64,000 nucleotides of DNA. It comes from Polymyxa betae A26-41. Its lineage: Eukaryota > Protista > Endomyxa: Phytomyxea. The notes under the pieces were generated by a model. The model did not search any database and was not told the origin of the DNA. It saw only the letters and a program-made list of their open reading frames with translations. Where the stretch lies: positions 169,461 through 233,460 of the forward strand of contig RBZT01000286.1 of assembly GCA_003693705.1 (NCBI GenBank), read 5' to 3'. Position 1 is the stretch's first letter. Each line of letters begins with the position of its first letter. Shown here one piece after another: positions 25,654 to 39,373 of this stretch. The position numbers and the translations under genes are program-made.

Positions 25654-28600
25654 ATGTCACTATTCTCAGCATACCGTGCATTGGGATTAGTGACCGATCA
25701 TGGAAGGTTTCATGTACAGAGACTTGGCACAGAGCATTTCGTGACTGTCCCTCTTGGCAAATACTTCCACATTTATAGTGTAATGTTACATTTCCATATG
25801 CGTCGATTTCTTACAGTATCATCTTTATAGTGCTCGAAGCTTAGATTAGTAACTGTTGGCAGATCTTTATCTCAGCAGATCCAAGCTGTGTCGTCTGATT
25901 CCCATGGCCAGTACACGTATACAGCTGCTGGCACCGACATCATTGTTCACCGTCGGCATGAAATTGTCGGGACGTTGACCAAACATACCGGCCAGGTTCG
26001 TTTATTGTTGAGCTTCGGTGCGTACTTGGTATCAGTTTCTGATGACCATACGATGGTGGTTTGGGACATGACCACTCCAAACGAACTTCCATCAGAACCG
26101 GTATCTGTAATTGATCTGCCTGCTGATGATACCGTTCAATGCATTATTCACCCTGATACTTATCTGAACAAAATCGTTGTCGGATATCAATCCGGTGCTC
26201 TCGATATATTTAATATTCGTTCATGCAAACGGGTTTACCGCCTGAAGCAATGGTAATATTTATATATTACTTTTCCGTGTTCTGTAAATGTAATTTGGCT
26301 TCAAGACCGTGTATTTCTACTTCGAATTTCTAACTTTTTCTCAACAGCTTTAAGAGTGGCATTGTCTGTCTTGCCCAATCGCCAGCTGTTAATGTGATTG
26401 GGGTTGGGTTGGCCGATGGCTCTGTAGTATTGCATGATATCAAACGTGATATGACCCTTTGGAGTGTCGTTCATACTGGAGGCTCAGTTCAGTCCATTTC
26501 ATTTCGAACCGACAGTATGCGTCTCTTGGAGAGTCTGTTGCTCTTCATCTTTAATCGTTAATTTGTAGATGTGTCATGGATGGCGACTTGTAGTTCCAAT
26601 GGATCGTTGGCGATTTGGGATTTGGATAAGAAGCAGATGTTATCGCAGCAGTTATCTGCACATCACGGTGCCATTACTGGCTCATATTTCTTAGTAAACG
26701 AGCCTCTTCTGCTCACTTCAGGCTCTGATAATCGCCTGGCTATCTGGATTTGTGATAAAACTGACGGTTAGTTCGCAGCGATGACACCTTTCTATAATCT
26801 CTGTAACTTATTTCTTATTTTAGGGAATTTACGCTTGCTAAAATCTAGAAGCGGTCATACAGAATCTCCTTCTCAAATTTCGTTCTACGATGCATCAGTT
26901 ATTCTGTCCGCGACACGATTATCTTTCCGCATGTCATCGATGGTTCGCGATGAACGTTCTCGTGAACTGTCTTCTGTGTCTGTAGAAGACCTGCCTCCAA
27001 TTGCTGGGTTTGCACTTTGCCAAACCAAGCAAAAGCAATGGGATAACCTCTGTACTTATCATGAGAATCACGATCGTGTCTATACTTGGTCTTATCAACG
27101 TCTTGCTATCGGAAAGCATTGTTTCAAATGCCCACCGTAAATTGCATTCTTTGAATATTGTAGTTTAGTGAATTCTTTTAGGACTCCTTCTGGCAAAGAT
27201 ATTGTTACCAGCGTGGCTGTTAGTTCCTGTGGCAATTTCGGTCTTGTTGGATGTCGATCAGGTCGAATTCACAAGTTCAATATGCAATCGGGAATGAACC
27301 GAGGACTATTCAATAATACTGGCTCAGCGCTCATCTCTGGAATTGTTTATGATTCGGTTAATTCTTGCTGCGTTTCATCATCCTTCGATGGGCACCTTCG
27401 ATTGCATGATCTAAGACGTTTATCTCTGATTGCTGATATTGATCTTGGATCTCCAATTGCTAATATTGTTTTACATGAAGTATGTCGAAGCCATTTTCTC
27501 CATTAGATAGCTTAAACAATTTTTACTGATCGTTCTATTCAGGCATCAGGTCTCCTACTTTGTGCTTGTGACGATCTTATCGTTCGTCTTCTTGACTTGT
27601 CTACTCGAAAAATTGTTCGTCGATTCTCGAGCCATCTTAATCGAATTACTGCGATGACTTTCAGTAAATTTGGTCGCGAAGTGATTACTGCAGCTGCCGA
27701 TGGAGTATTACTACTTGATTGGACTTTGTTTTTGTAAATGACCTTCCCCATAGGGAGTTTGTGTATTTGATGTTCCTTCTGGAGCCATGATTGATTGGTT
27801 CCGGTTCAGAAAATCTGTGGTTTCGATGTCGATGTCTCCGAATGGAGACTTCCTCTGCACATCTCATGTTGGTCATCGTTCTATGTTCCTGTGGGCCAAC
27901 AATAGCTTTTTCTCTTCTGTTTGCTTAACAAGGCACAAACATGATAAACCCAGAGAGATGGACCTACATACTAATGTACACGATCTCTCTGAATCCTTAT
28001 CAGATCAAACCGACCAAGAAACAGCTCTCGATCTAGAAGCCTTTCAGTCCCTGGGCATGGAGTCTTCTTCAAATCTCACACCGTTGTTATCTTTATCATC
28101 CCTGCCATCCTCAGCATGGCTTAATCTCTCATCGCTCGATGATATCAAGAAGCGCAACAGGCCCAGACAACCCGTAAAAGCCCCACCAAGTGCTCCCTTT
28201 TTTTTGCCAACATCATCTGGTTTAGCTCCAGAACTGCTTGTTGAAAATAGAGATGAGAGCGAGCCTCATACAGAGTTGAAAAAGCAGCGATCTGATCCGG
28301 GAGTTGGCAGGTTTTTGACAATGTTGCAAGAACATAGGTATCAAGAAGCTACTGTTTTCTTGAAATCGCTGTCTCCATCTGCTGTCGATGTTATCGTCAG
28401 AAGTCTGACGTTAGATATCGACGAAGAGCAAGAGAACTTAAACGTTATGATCCAATATTTAACAAGTGAGACTAAGAGAAAAACTGATTTCGATTTCATT
28501 CAATCAGTGTTGAGCCTGTTTCTGAAAGTCCATGGATCATGCATTGTAGAGTTCATGACCGAGGTCCAGTTGGCGGAGCTGCATAAGGAAGTCAAGGATT

Positions 28601-28674
28601 CCTGGGAGCATACCGAAGACTTGTTAGATTCTGCCGAAAGCATGCTAGGCCTGTTCAGCGGCTTGCAATTGTAA
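25654..28674 (+). CDS. UTP21: U3 snoRNA-associated protein 21 (WDR36/Utp21)
   Basis: MSLFSAYRALGLV, HPDTYLNKIVVG, QSPAVNVIGVG, RLLKSRSGH, FNMQSG, KKRNRPRQPVKAPPSAPFFLPT, LKSLSPSAVD. Confidence 0.93.
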
Positions 28675-28886
28675 ATACAGTTTCTAGAAATGAACGTTTT
28701 TGTGATAGGCGCGTGCCTTAAAAACCCTAGATGGAGTCAGTTGAGCGAACAGTCAGTGGATGGACGGAGATTCATATTCTACTGCATCTATTATGGCTAC
28801 TTGCATGCTCTGTCCGATATGCGTCACTGCAGCCTACATGTGCGATTCTGCGTGAGCTTGCGCAAAACATTGGTGACGGAGTCGGG

Positions 28887-30873
28887 ATGACGACCACGAC
28901 GGCGGCGCCGTTGGCCGATGCCCAACCACAGCCCAATGACCAGTTAGCCGCGGAGGAAACCTCCAGCGATGACGAATATGAGATTGTCGGCAGCGAGAGG
29001 ATTGCACCACCTCCTACCGCTAGCGTTGCGCCATCATCGGAGGCTCAAGCGGCAGTGCCGCCAGAATCCAATGTCGAACAGGGCGATATTGAGGCTTTGA
29101 TGGCTTTGGCAGAATTTGCCGAGTCTGCTCCTGCCGCTTTGCCCGATAATACCAAAAAAAGGGGCAGGGCGGAATCTGCCCTGGAAGTGCAGAACAAGAA
29201 GAAGAACAAGCCACTGAATGCAATGCCTGCTACAGCTACTCAGCAGCAGTGGTATAATCAACAAGCTCAGGTTACAGCCTTGCAGCCAGATCGATGGAGG
29301 CAACAACAACAATCACAACAACCGCTGCATGCACCCCAACAGACACCAGCACCACCTCAGCAGCAGCAGCAGAATCACTCTCAACAGCAGCAGCTTCCTA
29401 GTTCGCAGCTACCGGTTAGATCTCTTCATTTAACATTTTTTTCGAACAAATTTGTGAATTACCTTTAATATATTTTTTTAACGGTGGCTGATGATATTAT
29501 TCAGGCTAGGAAGGTATCTGCTGGTGTTGGTGCACCTACTTCTCAGCAGTATTCTGCACCTGCACAATCAGCTCCTTCAAAGCCGCCGGCTTCTGTAATG
29601 CCCGCTCACAATCGTTGCAGTCGTCATGTTGCAATTGCTTATTTTATTTACTATCAACAAAGAGCAGCAATTTTGAAACAGCAAGGATCTAGAGGAGCCC
29701 AGGTAGTAAGTTTCTTCTTGGTTTTACTGGTTATTCACAGGATTTAACAGATTATAATGGATCCAACCTTAGAAGCTCGAAGATTAAAAGAAAAAAGTGA
29801 ATGGTTAAAAAGAAATCAAGCAGCAATTGGTCCAGATGCAGGGCTTCCACCACCAGGATCTCAATATATGCTTGCATATGGTCAGCATCCATTCGCTCAA
29901 CAACCTTTCGCAGCACAACATGTATTATGAGAGTCTCATTCGTGTTGACCTTGTTTGAAATATTCGGAACAGGCCTATCAAATGTCTGTAATGCCTCCTG
30001 CTGGTCAAGGACAGCATTATATGCCAGCATATGCAGCACCGCCATTCTATCAGCAAGGTCAGCAAGGGCCTTCACAGCAAATAGCAGGGCAATATATGCC
30101 TGCAGGTGCTTTTGCATCACAATTCGTCCCTGAAATGGGCATGTACAATTCAGCTCAGGCTTTCGCACCACATTCACAACCACAACAAATGATGAATGCC
30201 GGTCAAGGCATGTCGATATCACATTTACATCATCTTCAGCAACAGCAACAGGTTTGACTTCATTGCTGTGAGCCCAATTTATAAGAATGTTAAATAGCGA
30301 TCAAAGGGTGTGATGGGTACCATGCCATCTGGAGGTGCAGGACCTGCTGTTCCTGATCAGCTGCATTTACAGGCTCAAAATGTATACCAGCAACAGATGG
30401 CATTAGCTCAAGCTAGGTTTGGGAAGCGGTCGTACTGGGTTGCATAATGTTAATTAGTTGTGTAGATATTCCCAATCGATGCATGCAGCACAGTTATCTC
30501 AGCAAGCACAAGCTGCACGACAAGGAAATGAGAATGTTCGGCAAGCGCCACTGCATTCAGCGCCATCAATGCAAACTAATCGTGGTCATCAACTACCATC
30601 ACTACAACAGTCTCCATCCCCATCTGCTGTTCAGATTGGTCAGCAACAGGTATGAATAGATAGTGTATATTGTCCCAAGGTTTTAAGAGCCTTTAACAGC
30701 AGGCATCTGCGACTGCTGCTCCTGTCCAAAATGCAGGAGCCCCCGCTTCGGGAGAGAAAAGAACTCCAACTAACTCTTCTAATAATAATGCTGCACAACC
30801 GCCGCGTCTCATATCTAATGGATCGCCGTCGCCTGACAAGGCAACAGGTCCACCTCCTTCTGACTCGAAATAA
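28887..30873 (+). CDS. Q/P/A-rich low-complexity nuclear-type protein with short conserved-looking motif RCSRHVAIAYFIYYQQ
   Basis: Coding-like exons linked by GT-AG introns; basic NLS-like KKRGR..KKKNK; polyQ runs. Confidence 0.65.
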
Positions 30874-30935
30874 ATAATTCTTGTTGAAATTCTTTGATGT
30901 GATGTTTGAAATTGGTTTTTTGCGCCATACAACTG

Positions 30936-32411
30936 ATGAATCAATATAACGATGAGGCAGGTCGTATTTTAGTATTTGCATCAATATCTGATCCAGAGTC
31001 TACATATGAACAGATCATCACCTTAAAACCACCATTTCATTATCTGTTCGTATTGGATTCGCCTTCCGACAAGGCATTGGAAGTTGCTGCTCCGATTCCC
31101 ACCTATTACTTGCATACTGATTCTGAGCAAGTCGATTATCCTGATTTAAATCTCACTATTCTTCCAAGATACGGTGTACTGAATTTAAGTAAATTGACAG
31201 TAGCTTATGTGGTGGATTCGGCTCATTGCTCTTTAATTCCTGATCAGCATGTTGATATTCTATTAACCCGACAGTTTCCTCGAGGTTTTCATCGGTTCTG
31301 GACTAAGAAACTGGAATCTCCCTGGACTGTTGGTGATTATGCTATTAGTAAGCTTTGTATGGCTCTTACACCCAGGTATCATTTCTCTTTGGGATTTCAT
31401 GCTGAGATTCCTCCGTTTCGTAATGGTCCCATCATTACTCGTTTTATTGGATTAGCTCCACAAGGCAACAGAGAAAGACAGAAATTTCGTTATGCTTTCG
31501 TATTGAACAAGTCTTCTGTTCAACCGAAAGATTTAACTGAATGTCCTTTTACCTGCAAAGAACCTGAAGAATCAGAATCGAATCAAGATGAAACACCTTC
31601 CAAAAAGATGAAATTAACTTTGCAGCCGATTGATTCAACTGGGGGCTTTCAACGTTGGTCTACGACTACTGAAGAATCTGATTGTAATCAACCTCCAGAT
31701 GGTTATATCTGTAGACGATGTCATAATCCTGGTCATTATATCAACAATTGTCCTTCATCTCGGTCAAAATCCGCAACAATTCAGCCATGCTGGTTCTGTC
31801 TTGCATCACCGAATATCGAGACACATCTCATTGTGACCATTGGAAAAGAGGTTTATCTGGCGTTGCCGAAAGGCCCAATGCATCCACAACACGTTCTTAT
31901 AATCCCCATAGCTCATGTAGCTAGCAGTATCCAATTATCAGATACTACTAAAAACGAGCTAATCGAATATAAAAAAGCCATCGGTCGAGTATTTCAGAAT
32001 AATGTGATCTTCTACGAGAGATATATTCGTACACGAAATGCAACTCATCTGCAGATACAAGCCATTCCAATATCACCTGAACAAATGCCAGCAATGACTG
32101 TTAAAAGATTTATCGATACTGCAGCAGCTGAGAATCACGTTCAGTTCAATCGAATCAGTCCCGAATTTAACCTGTATTCGCTTGCTGATGATACTCAGTT
32201 TATTCTGGTAGAATTGGGTCATGAGCGTGTCTTTTATGAACACACAAACGGGAAACATGTTCCATTACAGACTGTTCGATCTGTTCTGGCTTCTATGCTC
32301 GGCGATCCATCTCTTGCTGATTGGCAGCGATGTCAATCATCAGTTGAAGAAGAAACTGCTTTGAAGGAGACGTTTAAACAGTTGTTCGCTCCATTCGATA
32401 TCAACCAATAA
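30936..32411 (+). CDS. CWF19L1: CWF19-like protein 1 (Drn1), intronless
   Basis: VDILLT..PRYHF, zinc knuckle CRRCHNPGHYINNC, CWFCLASPNIETHLIVTIG..YLALPKGP..HVLIIPIAH, FKQLFAPFD (CwfJ_C). Confidence 0.9.
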   Translation: MNQYNDEAGRILVFASISDPESTYEQIITLKPPFHYLFVLDSPSDKALEVAAPIPTYYLHTDSEQVDYPDLNLTILPRYGVLNLSKLTVAYVVDSAHCSLIPDQHVDILLTRQFPRGFHRFWTKKLESPWTVGDYAISKLCMALTPRYHFSLGFHAEIPPFRNGPIITRFIGLAPQGNRERQKFRYAFVLNKSSVQPKDLTECPFTCKEPEESESNQDETPSKKMKLTLQPIDSTGGFQRWSTTTEESDCNQPPDGYICRRCHNPGHYINNCPSSRSKSATIQPCWFCLASPNIETHLIVTIGKEVYLALPKGPMHPQHVLIIPIAHVASSIQLSDTTKNELIEYKKAIGRVFQNNVIFYERYIRTRNATHLQIQAIPISPEQMPAMTVKRFIDTAAAENHVQFNRISPEFNLYSLADDTQFILVELGHERVFYEHTNGKHVPLQTVRSVLASMLGDPSLADWQRCQSSVEEETALKETFKQLFAPFDINQ

Positions 32412-32431
32412 AGACAGTTTTCTTGCATTCA

Positions 32432-33863
32432 CTATTTGCTTGGCCTTTTCCTGAACGATTTTCTCATGACGCTGCTAATATCTATATTGTATTGTCCTGG
32501 TCCAGGTCCTGAATCATCATCTATTTCCATAACATGAACTGTCTTCTGCAATTTCCAACAATTAGAATTGTGATTAGCCCATTGATTTCCAAGTCATAGT
32601 TTACCGTTCGGAAAGCGCTCGTCTCAACGCCTTTTCCATTGATCTGAGCTTGCTTTATTTTGATGACTCGTGGATGGCTAGCTCTAATGGCAGGTTTCGC
32701 CTCCCTTACACTTGTCTGATTCTGTGATAGTTTCGGGGTCGTATCCTCGGTTTTCTTGACCTTTATCTGATGTCGTGACAATTCTGAGAACATGCTTGAG
32801 GATCGGATTGATCCTCTTTGAAATAATTCTTGTCCAAATGCATGTTCAACATGGTATGCATTGGGAGCTGGAGTCTGTTCTCTAATTACAGTAATCAGTT
32901 TCTGTTTATAATCACGTCCAATGAACTCTTACTGTTGCTTCACATATCGTTTAATGGTATCTGGACGAAACATTGATGATAGTGTTGCAGGGTTTCTAAA
33001 ACGTTTCTCAGAGGTTGGCTCTGTAATGATCTCGATATCGTCTTGATCTTGATCATGTTCTATACTTTGTTCACTATCTATATCTGGTATAGATTGCTTG
33101 TTATGTTCAGATATTGCAGTTAAACGGGGAGCTTTAGACCTCAAACCAGTTCCTCCATAATTACCTCGAGACTTATACAGCTTACTTACTTCAATGTTAT
33201 AATCACCTGGTCCAGGTGTTGTCTCATGTTTTGTCACTTTAAATCGATCCGATGTTCTGGCTAAAAGTTCCCCAATTCGATTATGATGATGATCATTAGG
33301 AAGCTGTGGAATGTATATTCCTGGACCTGGAATGTCTTGGTCAGTTTGCTCGAATATGCAATTTCGACGGGACTGCAGTATCTCAATCAGCATTGATATT
33401 CAGATCTGATTTGATGGCAACCTTTGAGATGAACCCACTTCCATATCCTTTCTTCGACAACGATGGGGAGCTAAAAACAGCTGAATATTCTAAGTGATAT
33501 GATCCTGGACCTGGAACATCACGTGTCTATAGACTAATTCATAGAGATAATGTACTAAGCCAATAATACTTACTATACAACTCCCAGACAAATCCTGAAA
33601 TCTTTCACTTTGTATATTGAATGCCTTTCCAATATCATGTCTAGGATTAATGAACACGGTTTCATATCTCGATGGGATCGACGATGTTGTCGCTTTCCTG
33701 CTATTAGCTCTGTATTTCGATGTTGGGCCTGGGCGCGATTACATCAATTGAACAAGATCAGCAATAAACCAGATTCAGGCCAACCTTTCTGTATAGATCC
33801 ACGTTCGTATGTCTTACCAACTTGTCTGTAATTTTCATTATCAAGAATCTGATGGGTAGTCAT
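32432..33863 (-). CDS. Sperm-tail PG-rich repeat (SHIPPO repeat) protein, STPG1-like
   Basis: Five PGPGxY-type repeats (PGPGSY, PGPGIY, PGPGDY, PAPNAY, PGPGQY); N-terminal SSIPSRYET..AFNIQSERF and SPSLSKKGYG. Confidence 0.75.
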
Positions 33864-33943
33864 GCTTGCATCATATAACTTTGCAATGTTAGATCAATCG
33901 AGTGTACATCTCTACAAGATTGTTATAACATTTCATCTTGATT

Positions 33944-36900
33944 ATGGCCAAGATCGGGTCATCTGCAGTGGTAAATTCCCTCCGTTCTGCATGGTTAGAT
34001 TATGATGAATCATCATAAATGCAGGTACCAGATAGAGACGAAATTGCCAATAAAGTGCAAATCCCCATTAATCCATCTCCACAAACCATAGCTAAACACA
34101 TTAATGAAGTTAACGACCACATTAAAGGCAGGATTACATCATGGATAAATCAAGTCTTAAACATTCAGCTAACACCTGATTCGCTGTTCGATCAATTACA
34201 AAGTGGAACAGTAAGCATTATTCAGGCTTCACCATTACCTGTTCTAATCTCGATCCAGATTCTCTATAAAATCCTTCATAAAATTGATCCAAATGCATCG
34301 TTGAGTCAAATTACAGAACATGCTCAACCTGGTTCTATCAGAGCCAGGCATAATATTACTGCCTTCTTACAATACATCAAGAATGATCTGAACTCAGACA
34401 AGATACGCCAATTCGAGCCAGATCAGTTCATTGAACGCACAGATCATGAGTAGCTCTTGGCTTATACATCTTCATCCCATCTCTAAAATGTCTTCGTAGG
34501 CCTTTGATTGATTGTGTTCTTGATTTGATCGATTATGCCTCAATAGAAAAGGGGTTTCCATGCCTTTCTATCGATGCCAATGTCTTGATCGAAAGGGAAC
34601 GATATCGGTCTCATTATTCAGGATTATCGCTACCAAGATCCAAGACCAGCAGCATTGTTGATGTGTCAAAATCCAACCATCGCCCTTCATCTGTCGCCGC
34701 ATACTCAAAATCTTCCAGACCTCCATCTGCACCGCAACACAATTATCTGATTGGAGGTGTCTCCCAGAATCAGCAAACTTCCAAGATCTCTCGTATTTTG
34801 CCTCCATTGGTCGAGGTAAGAATCAGGGCTTGTCTTCCATAGCAACCGAATCAAATAGTAATTAGAACGATATTGATGCCGGCTCTGAACTGGTTTCATC
34901 TACTGATAATGTGATAACCATGCTCGGCACCATTTCGGAGCAAACTTCGCCAAACGTCTCAGTTTTGCAGAATCCTCAACTGATCATGTCCTTGAAGAAA
35001 TCGGATAAGTTTGCTCCTCCAGGAATATCTGATATTCTAAGACAATTTTATGGAACATTGGCGAGTTTTCCAGAGCAGAATCGATTGCAGTCTATGTGCG
35101 AGCTCGTGATGCAGAATTCATCCAATTATTATGAAGAGATCGCTCAAGAAGAGGCTAACTTCAAACCTGTTACTGCTATCCAAATTGTTGTGAATCATAA
35201 GGGGGAGGCGCCAGATGACGACTTTCGAATTTTAGAGAACAATGATCGACCTGTTGACTTAAATCGGTCAATTAGTAACAGACAGCTATATTTAGCAGTT
35301 AGTCGTAATGATAACCAATCACCGATTACTGATATTCAGCTACAAGAGGCAGATCAAGAATCAATGCCGCCATATGGTTTCAATAAGGTATGTTGCTGTT
35401 GTTGACCAGGCTTATATTGATTAATGAAACAGATTCTGAGATCTGTAAGCGGTCTACCTGGAAATTTGAAATTTGGAACAGGAAGAGCTGGGTTATATCT
35501 GTGCTATAAACATGGACCTGCTGCTCCTATTATCGATCTGCAAATTTCTGACGATCCTCAGCCTGGCTATCGGACACTTCCTCAAAGGCTCCAATACTTT
35601 GGTTATAATCATGATTATGGTCAGCTTCTTTATGCTAAACCTATATATAGGCGATGTCGAAAGCGAAAGAGAGATGGGCAAAGGCCTAATGATCCATTAT
35701 AAGCCAGGACTGTTGCATATCATTTCAAGATTCGAATCTTACCTGAAACACGATCGCTGTCTTGAAGACTGTGGCCGCTCGGAAGCACTGGAGGTTTACT
35801 ACAGCCGTGCTTCGGCTCTGTTATGTACGAGATGCTGGCTCTATGGTCTGCTTGTACTGAACTGATGCAGGTCTGAGCTGCTATTCGTCGAATGCGACGC
35901 TAGTTCATCATTGCCTACATTATATAGGTCTATTAGGAACTTTACCTACTGATACGATACCCAGTCGACCTGTCAATATGGTGAGTAATGTTATATACCC
36001 TCTCTGTCCATAAACTGACTCATGAAATCCTAGCTATTGTGTGTTCTACTGAGTCTATGCCCATCATTGTCTATAGAGAGTCTACATCTACTTAATACTG
36101 CTATACGGGTATCTCGACAGATCTATCTCCATAATCTACACCATATTGATGCATGCACTGCTATTCACTATGTTCAAACTCTCATCTGCTACTCTCATCT
36201 CTACCCAGATCTGCTTCAGTCTCTGCTCAATCACACGCTCAGGCAGCGTCTACCACCTTATCCGATGTCGCCACAGCATCAGGCAGCGTCTTTGAAGAGA
36301 TGGATGAGAGATCATGTCATCGGATCCGTTCTCAATAATGTGCTATACTTCAAGGCTCTACAGTCTATCTCTGGTGCTGTAAAAGAAGATTCAATTGACG
36401 AAAATTGGATCACGCTGCAGTCTAAATCTATCTCTGAGATCGTGTCGAGCAACGAGCAAAGCCAGATTTTGGGAATTCTGGTGCTATTGTCGACAATATT
36501 AGCTGAACCACCCGATTCTTACGTTATGTCAAATCCAAATGATGAAAGTCGGCCAGAACATGCTGGCGTATTGGATTTTATCATTCAAATATGCGACCTA
36601 GGGCAATCGCATCTGAAATCATGCGAAGGCGCCATCCTATTGTTACGCCGAGTGGTGATTCCAACTGCAATTGAAGCCAGTATTACCGGATCTTATCGTC
36701 AGTCACACTTCCAGCGACTGATGAAACTTTTTATAACGCTCTATCGAAACTATGCTTCTGAGTTGAAAGTAGAATTAGGCGCTTGGTTCTATGCAGTCCT
36801 TCTAGATTTATTAGATTGCAAATCAACATCACATCTACAAAAATGGGATATATTGGAAGCTATAGAATTATTGTTGAACAGCGCTCAACAGGTTATCGAT

Positions 36901-39373
36901 GCGTTCGTCAACTTCGATAGTGGTTGCGAGCCTTTACCGATTTATGAGCGTTTAGTTATAATTCTTTCTGACATTTGCATCGAGCAAGTCTCGCCGTCTT
37001 TGAAATTCAGTCGTACTCATTCGAGTGCCAACCCAATCAATCAGAAATTCAGCCCAGAACTACAACACTTGAAGCGTTCTGCAATATCTATATTAGTTAA
37101 CATGTTGGAAATGCAATCACGCTGGTTAGCCAGTCATCTAATCGTCAATAACGTATACCAAGCTCCCGTTTCGAATTCGCCGAAATTATCTTCGAGCCCT
37201 TCACGAAAAGCTCTTAACTCACCAGTGGCGAAACTTTCCTGTTCGCCACGCAATCGCAAGCCCAGTTTGTTATCGCCAGCATCTGCTGACACTCCTCATC
37301 GTAGACGGTAAGGGTTTATTCACCACGATCGCTCCTTTTTTTGAAATTCTGTCTAGATCGTCATGGCGTGAACAGATGGTCTCACGAGATGCTCATCACC
37401 ATGCTATTCAAAAAGCGTTGTCCCTAGCAGCAAGCTCTTCTCTCAGTGCTGCAATCCGTTATTTAGTATTAGTAGAACATTCAATTCAACGTCGCGCTGT
37501 TCATGGGATTCAGTGGCGTCCAGTCGCTGTATTTTTATACCGGGCAAAAACACTGAACGAAGGCGAAGTTGGTGATATATTAGGAAGCGAACGCGATGAA
37601 ACGTTTTCTGCACAAGATTTTGATGACTTGCGTCGGGAGTTTACCGAGCTTTTGGACTTCACAAATCGCAGCTTTGAGTCTTCGTTACGATCTTTTGTCA
37701 ACGATTCTGGGTTCAGGATGCCTGAGAATAGAGAAAGCTGTGAACGACTTTTAACAGCATTTTCCGATGCCTACTGTCGCGATAACCATGCCGTCTTTAC
37801 TTCAAAAGCTTGTGCTTTCAAGCTGGCTAGGTCATTATACTTCCTGCGTAACGGTAGAATAACAGTGGCTTCTGACAATCGGCTATTAAATGATTTTGCA
37901 TCCTAGATGATAATGTAGAGTTTTCTGACTGGAAAAAATTGTTGGAGTGCAATACGTTAGAGGAAGAGCAACTTTTGGAATTGTTCTCCAATTTGAAGGC
38001 TTCTCCTCTAGGGCGTTCACAAGAACGTGTACCTTATCGGAAACTTAACAATGATGATGTGGAAAGGGAAACGCTTCTGGCGAAACAAAGCGAGAACAGT
38101 GTCCATAATGCTTTGGCGATCATAAGAAGCCGTTGGTCATACAAGAATAGATTTTTGTCTGGTGCGAGCTCAGTTAGCATTGTAAGCTACATGTTCGATA
38201 TGTCCTGGGTTTATTTTCTAGGATGTTTATCGTCACCGGTTATCAATGCGTTTGCTGATAATGACCTCATTTTGAATGGGTTGATGCATGGGACTATCTG
38301 TGCTCTACTTCTTTCCAAAACATCAGAAACCGATTCCTTTCTCAATGTTCTTGCGAAATATGCATATTTATGTTCAACCAAAGATCCTGCCGATCGGCAG
38401 AAGATTACTCTGCTATCTGGAGCTTATATGTCTCAAGAATGGATCACAAAATTTAAATCTTTACCAACAAGGCAAGCGAGTGATTGGTTACTCGACGTTG
38501 TTCATGATATCCGAAATCGGATGAACTTTAGCAAAGAAAGAAATCGTATCGTTCAAATTCAATTGACATTATCTTCTCCAATTGATCTCTTTTCGGGAGA
38601 AAAAAGGGTAATTTTGATGCAGGCGGACTTGATCAGATTATGTAAAGCAGGCAAATCAGCAATTTTGCATCGATTATATCTGTTCAACGATATACTTTTA
38701 TATGGGAAACTGGACGCGAAATCGATCTTTCTGAAAAAGCCCCGCGTTCTGAATTTGCTGACTTGCAAACCTCTAACCTATGAGGTCCCGAAATGTAAGT
38801 CCCAACTATGGCTGCAACATTGCAAATTGGGCCAATTTATTTGCTGTAGCTATTTCATCCAAGTTGAAAAACGTCATACCTGAGAAAAACTACGGGATAG
38901 AGATTCGGAGTAGTAAGAAGAACTTGTTGTTCGTCAGCAATTCTCCAGATGAATGCAAACGGCTGATAAGCACTATTAACGCCTCTATTCCTGGGCTTCT
39001 GCATATTCACTACCAGAGAATGGAAGGTACCATTATTCGGATACAACGTTGCCATTTAATGATATGGAACAAAGACATCAAAGAGGGATTATTGTCGTCC
39101 GATACCTTAAAGTCGGATCAGTCGTGTTTCTATTGCCTCAGATATTTCACTGTATTTAATAGAAAGGTAAACACAGAAAATGTAGACTATTCAGTATCAA
39201 ACATAATTGTATAGCATGAATGTGGAAGATGCCACCTACCAGTGTGCATCAGTTGTTTACCTGGGAAGATACCAGGATTAGGTTCAGGTACAAAAAAAGT
39301 AAAGGCATGTGATGGATGTATCAAACTAGGTAGACGCCTTTCACTCGATGATATTGATCAAGATGGCGATTAA
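33944..39373 (+). CDS. Large Sec7-domain protein: CH-MABP-(DCB/HUS)-Sec7-HDS1-like-PH-FYVE
   Basis: In-frame splicing across about 11 exons. WINQVL..LQSGTIL..ARHNITAFL (CH); PVTAIQIV..VDLN..LYLAVSR..PITDI..LYLCYK (MABP); FVNFD..IYERLV (HUS); LDFTNRSFESSLRSFV..FRMPEN..ERLLTAFS..Y (Sec7); LYLFNDILLYGK (PH); CFYC..FTVFNRKHECGRC..VCISC..ACDGC (FYVE). Confidence 0.78.

Noticed and set aside
35750-35850. Possible B-box zinc finger (CLEDC..LCTRC) in the Sec7 gene
   Set aside because: Ligand spacing is incomplete, and the spliced continuation fits a helical DCB-like region better.
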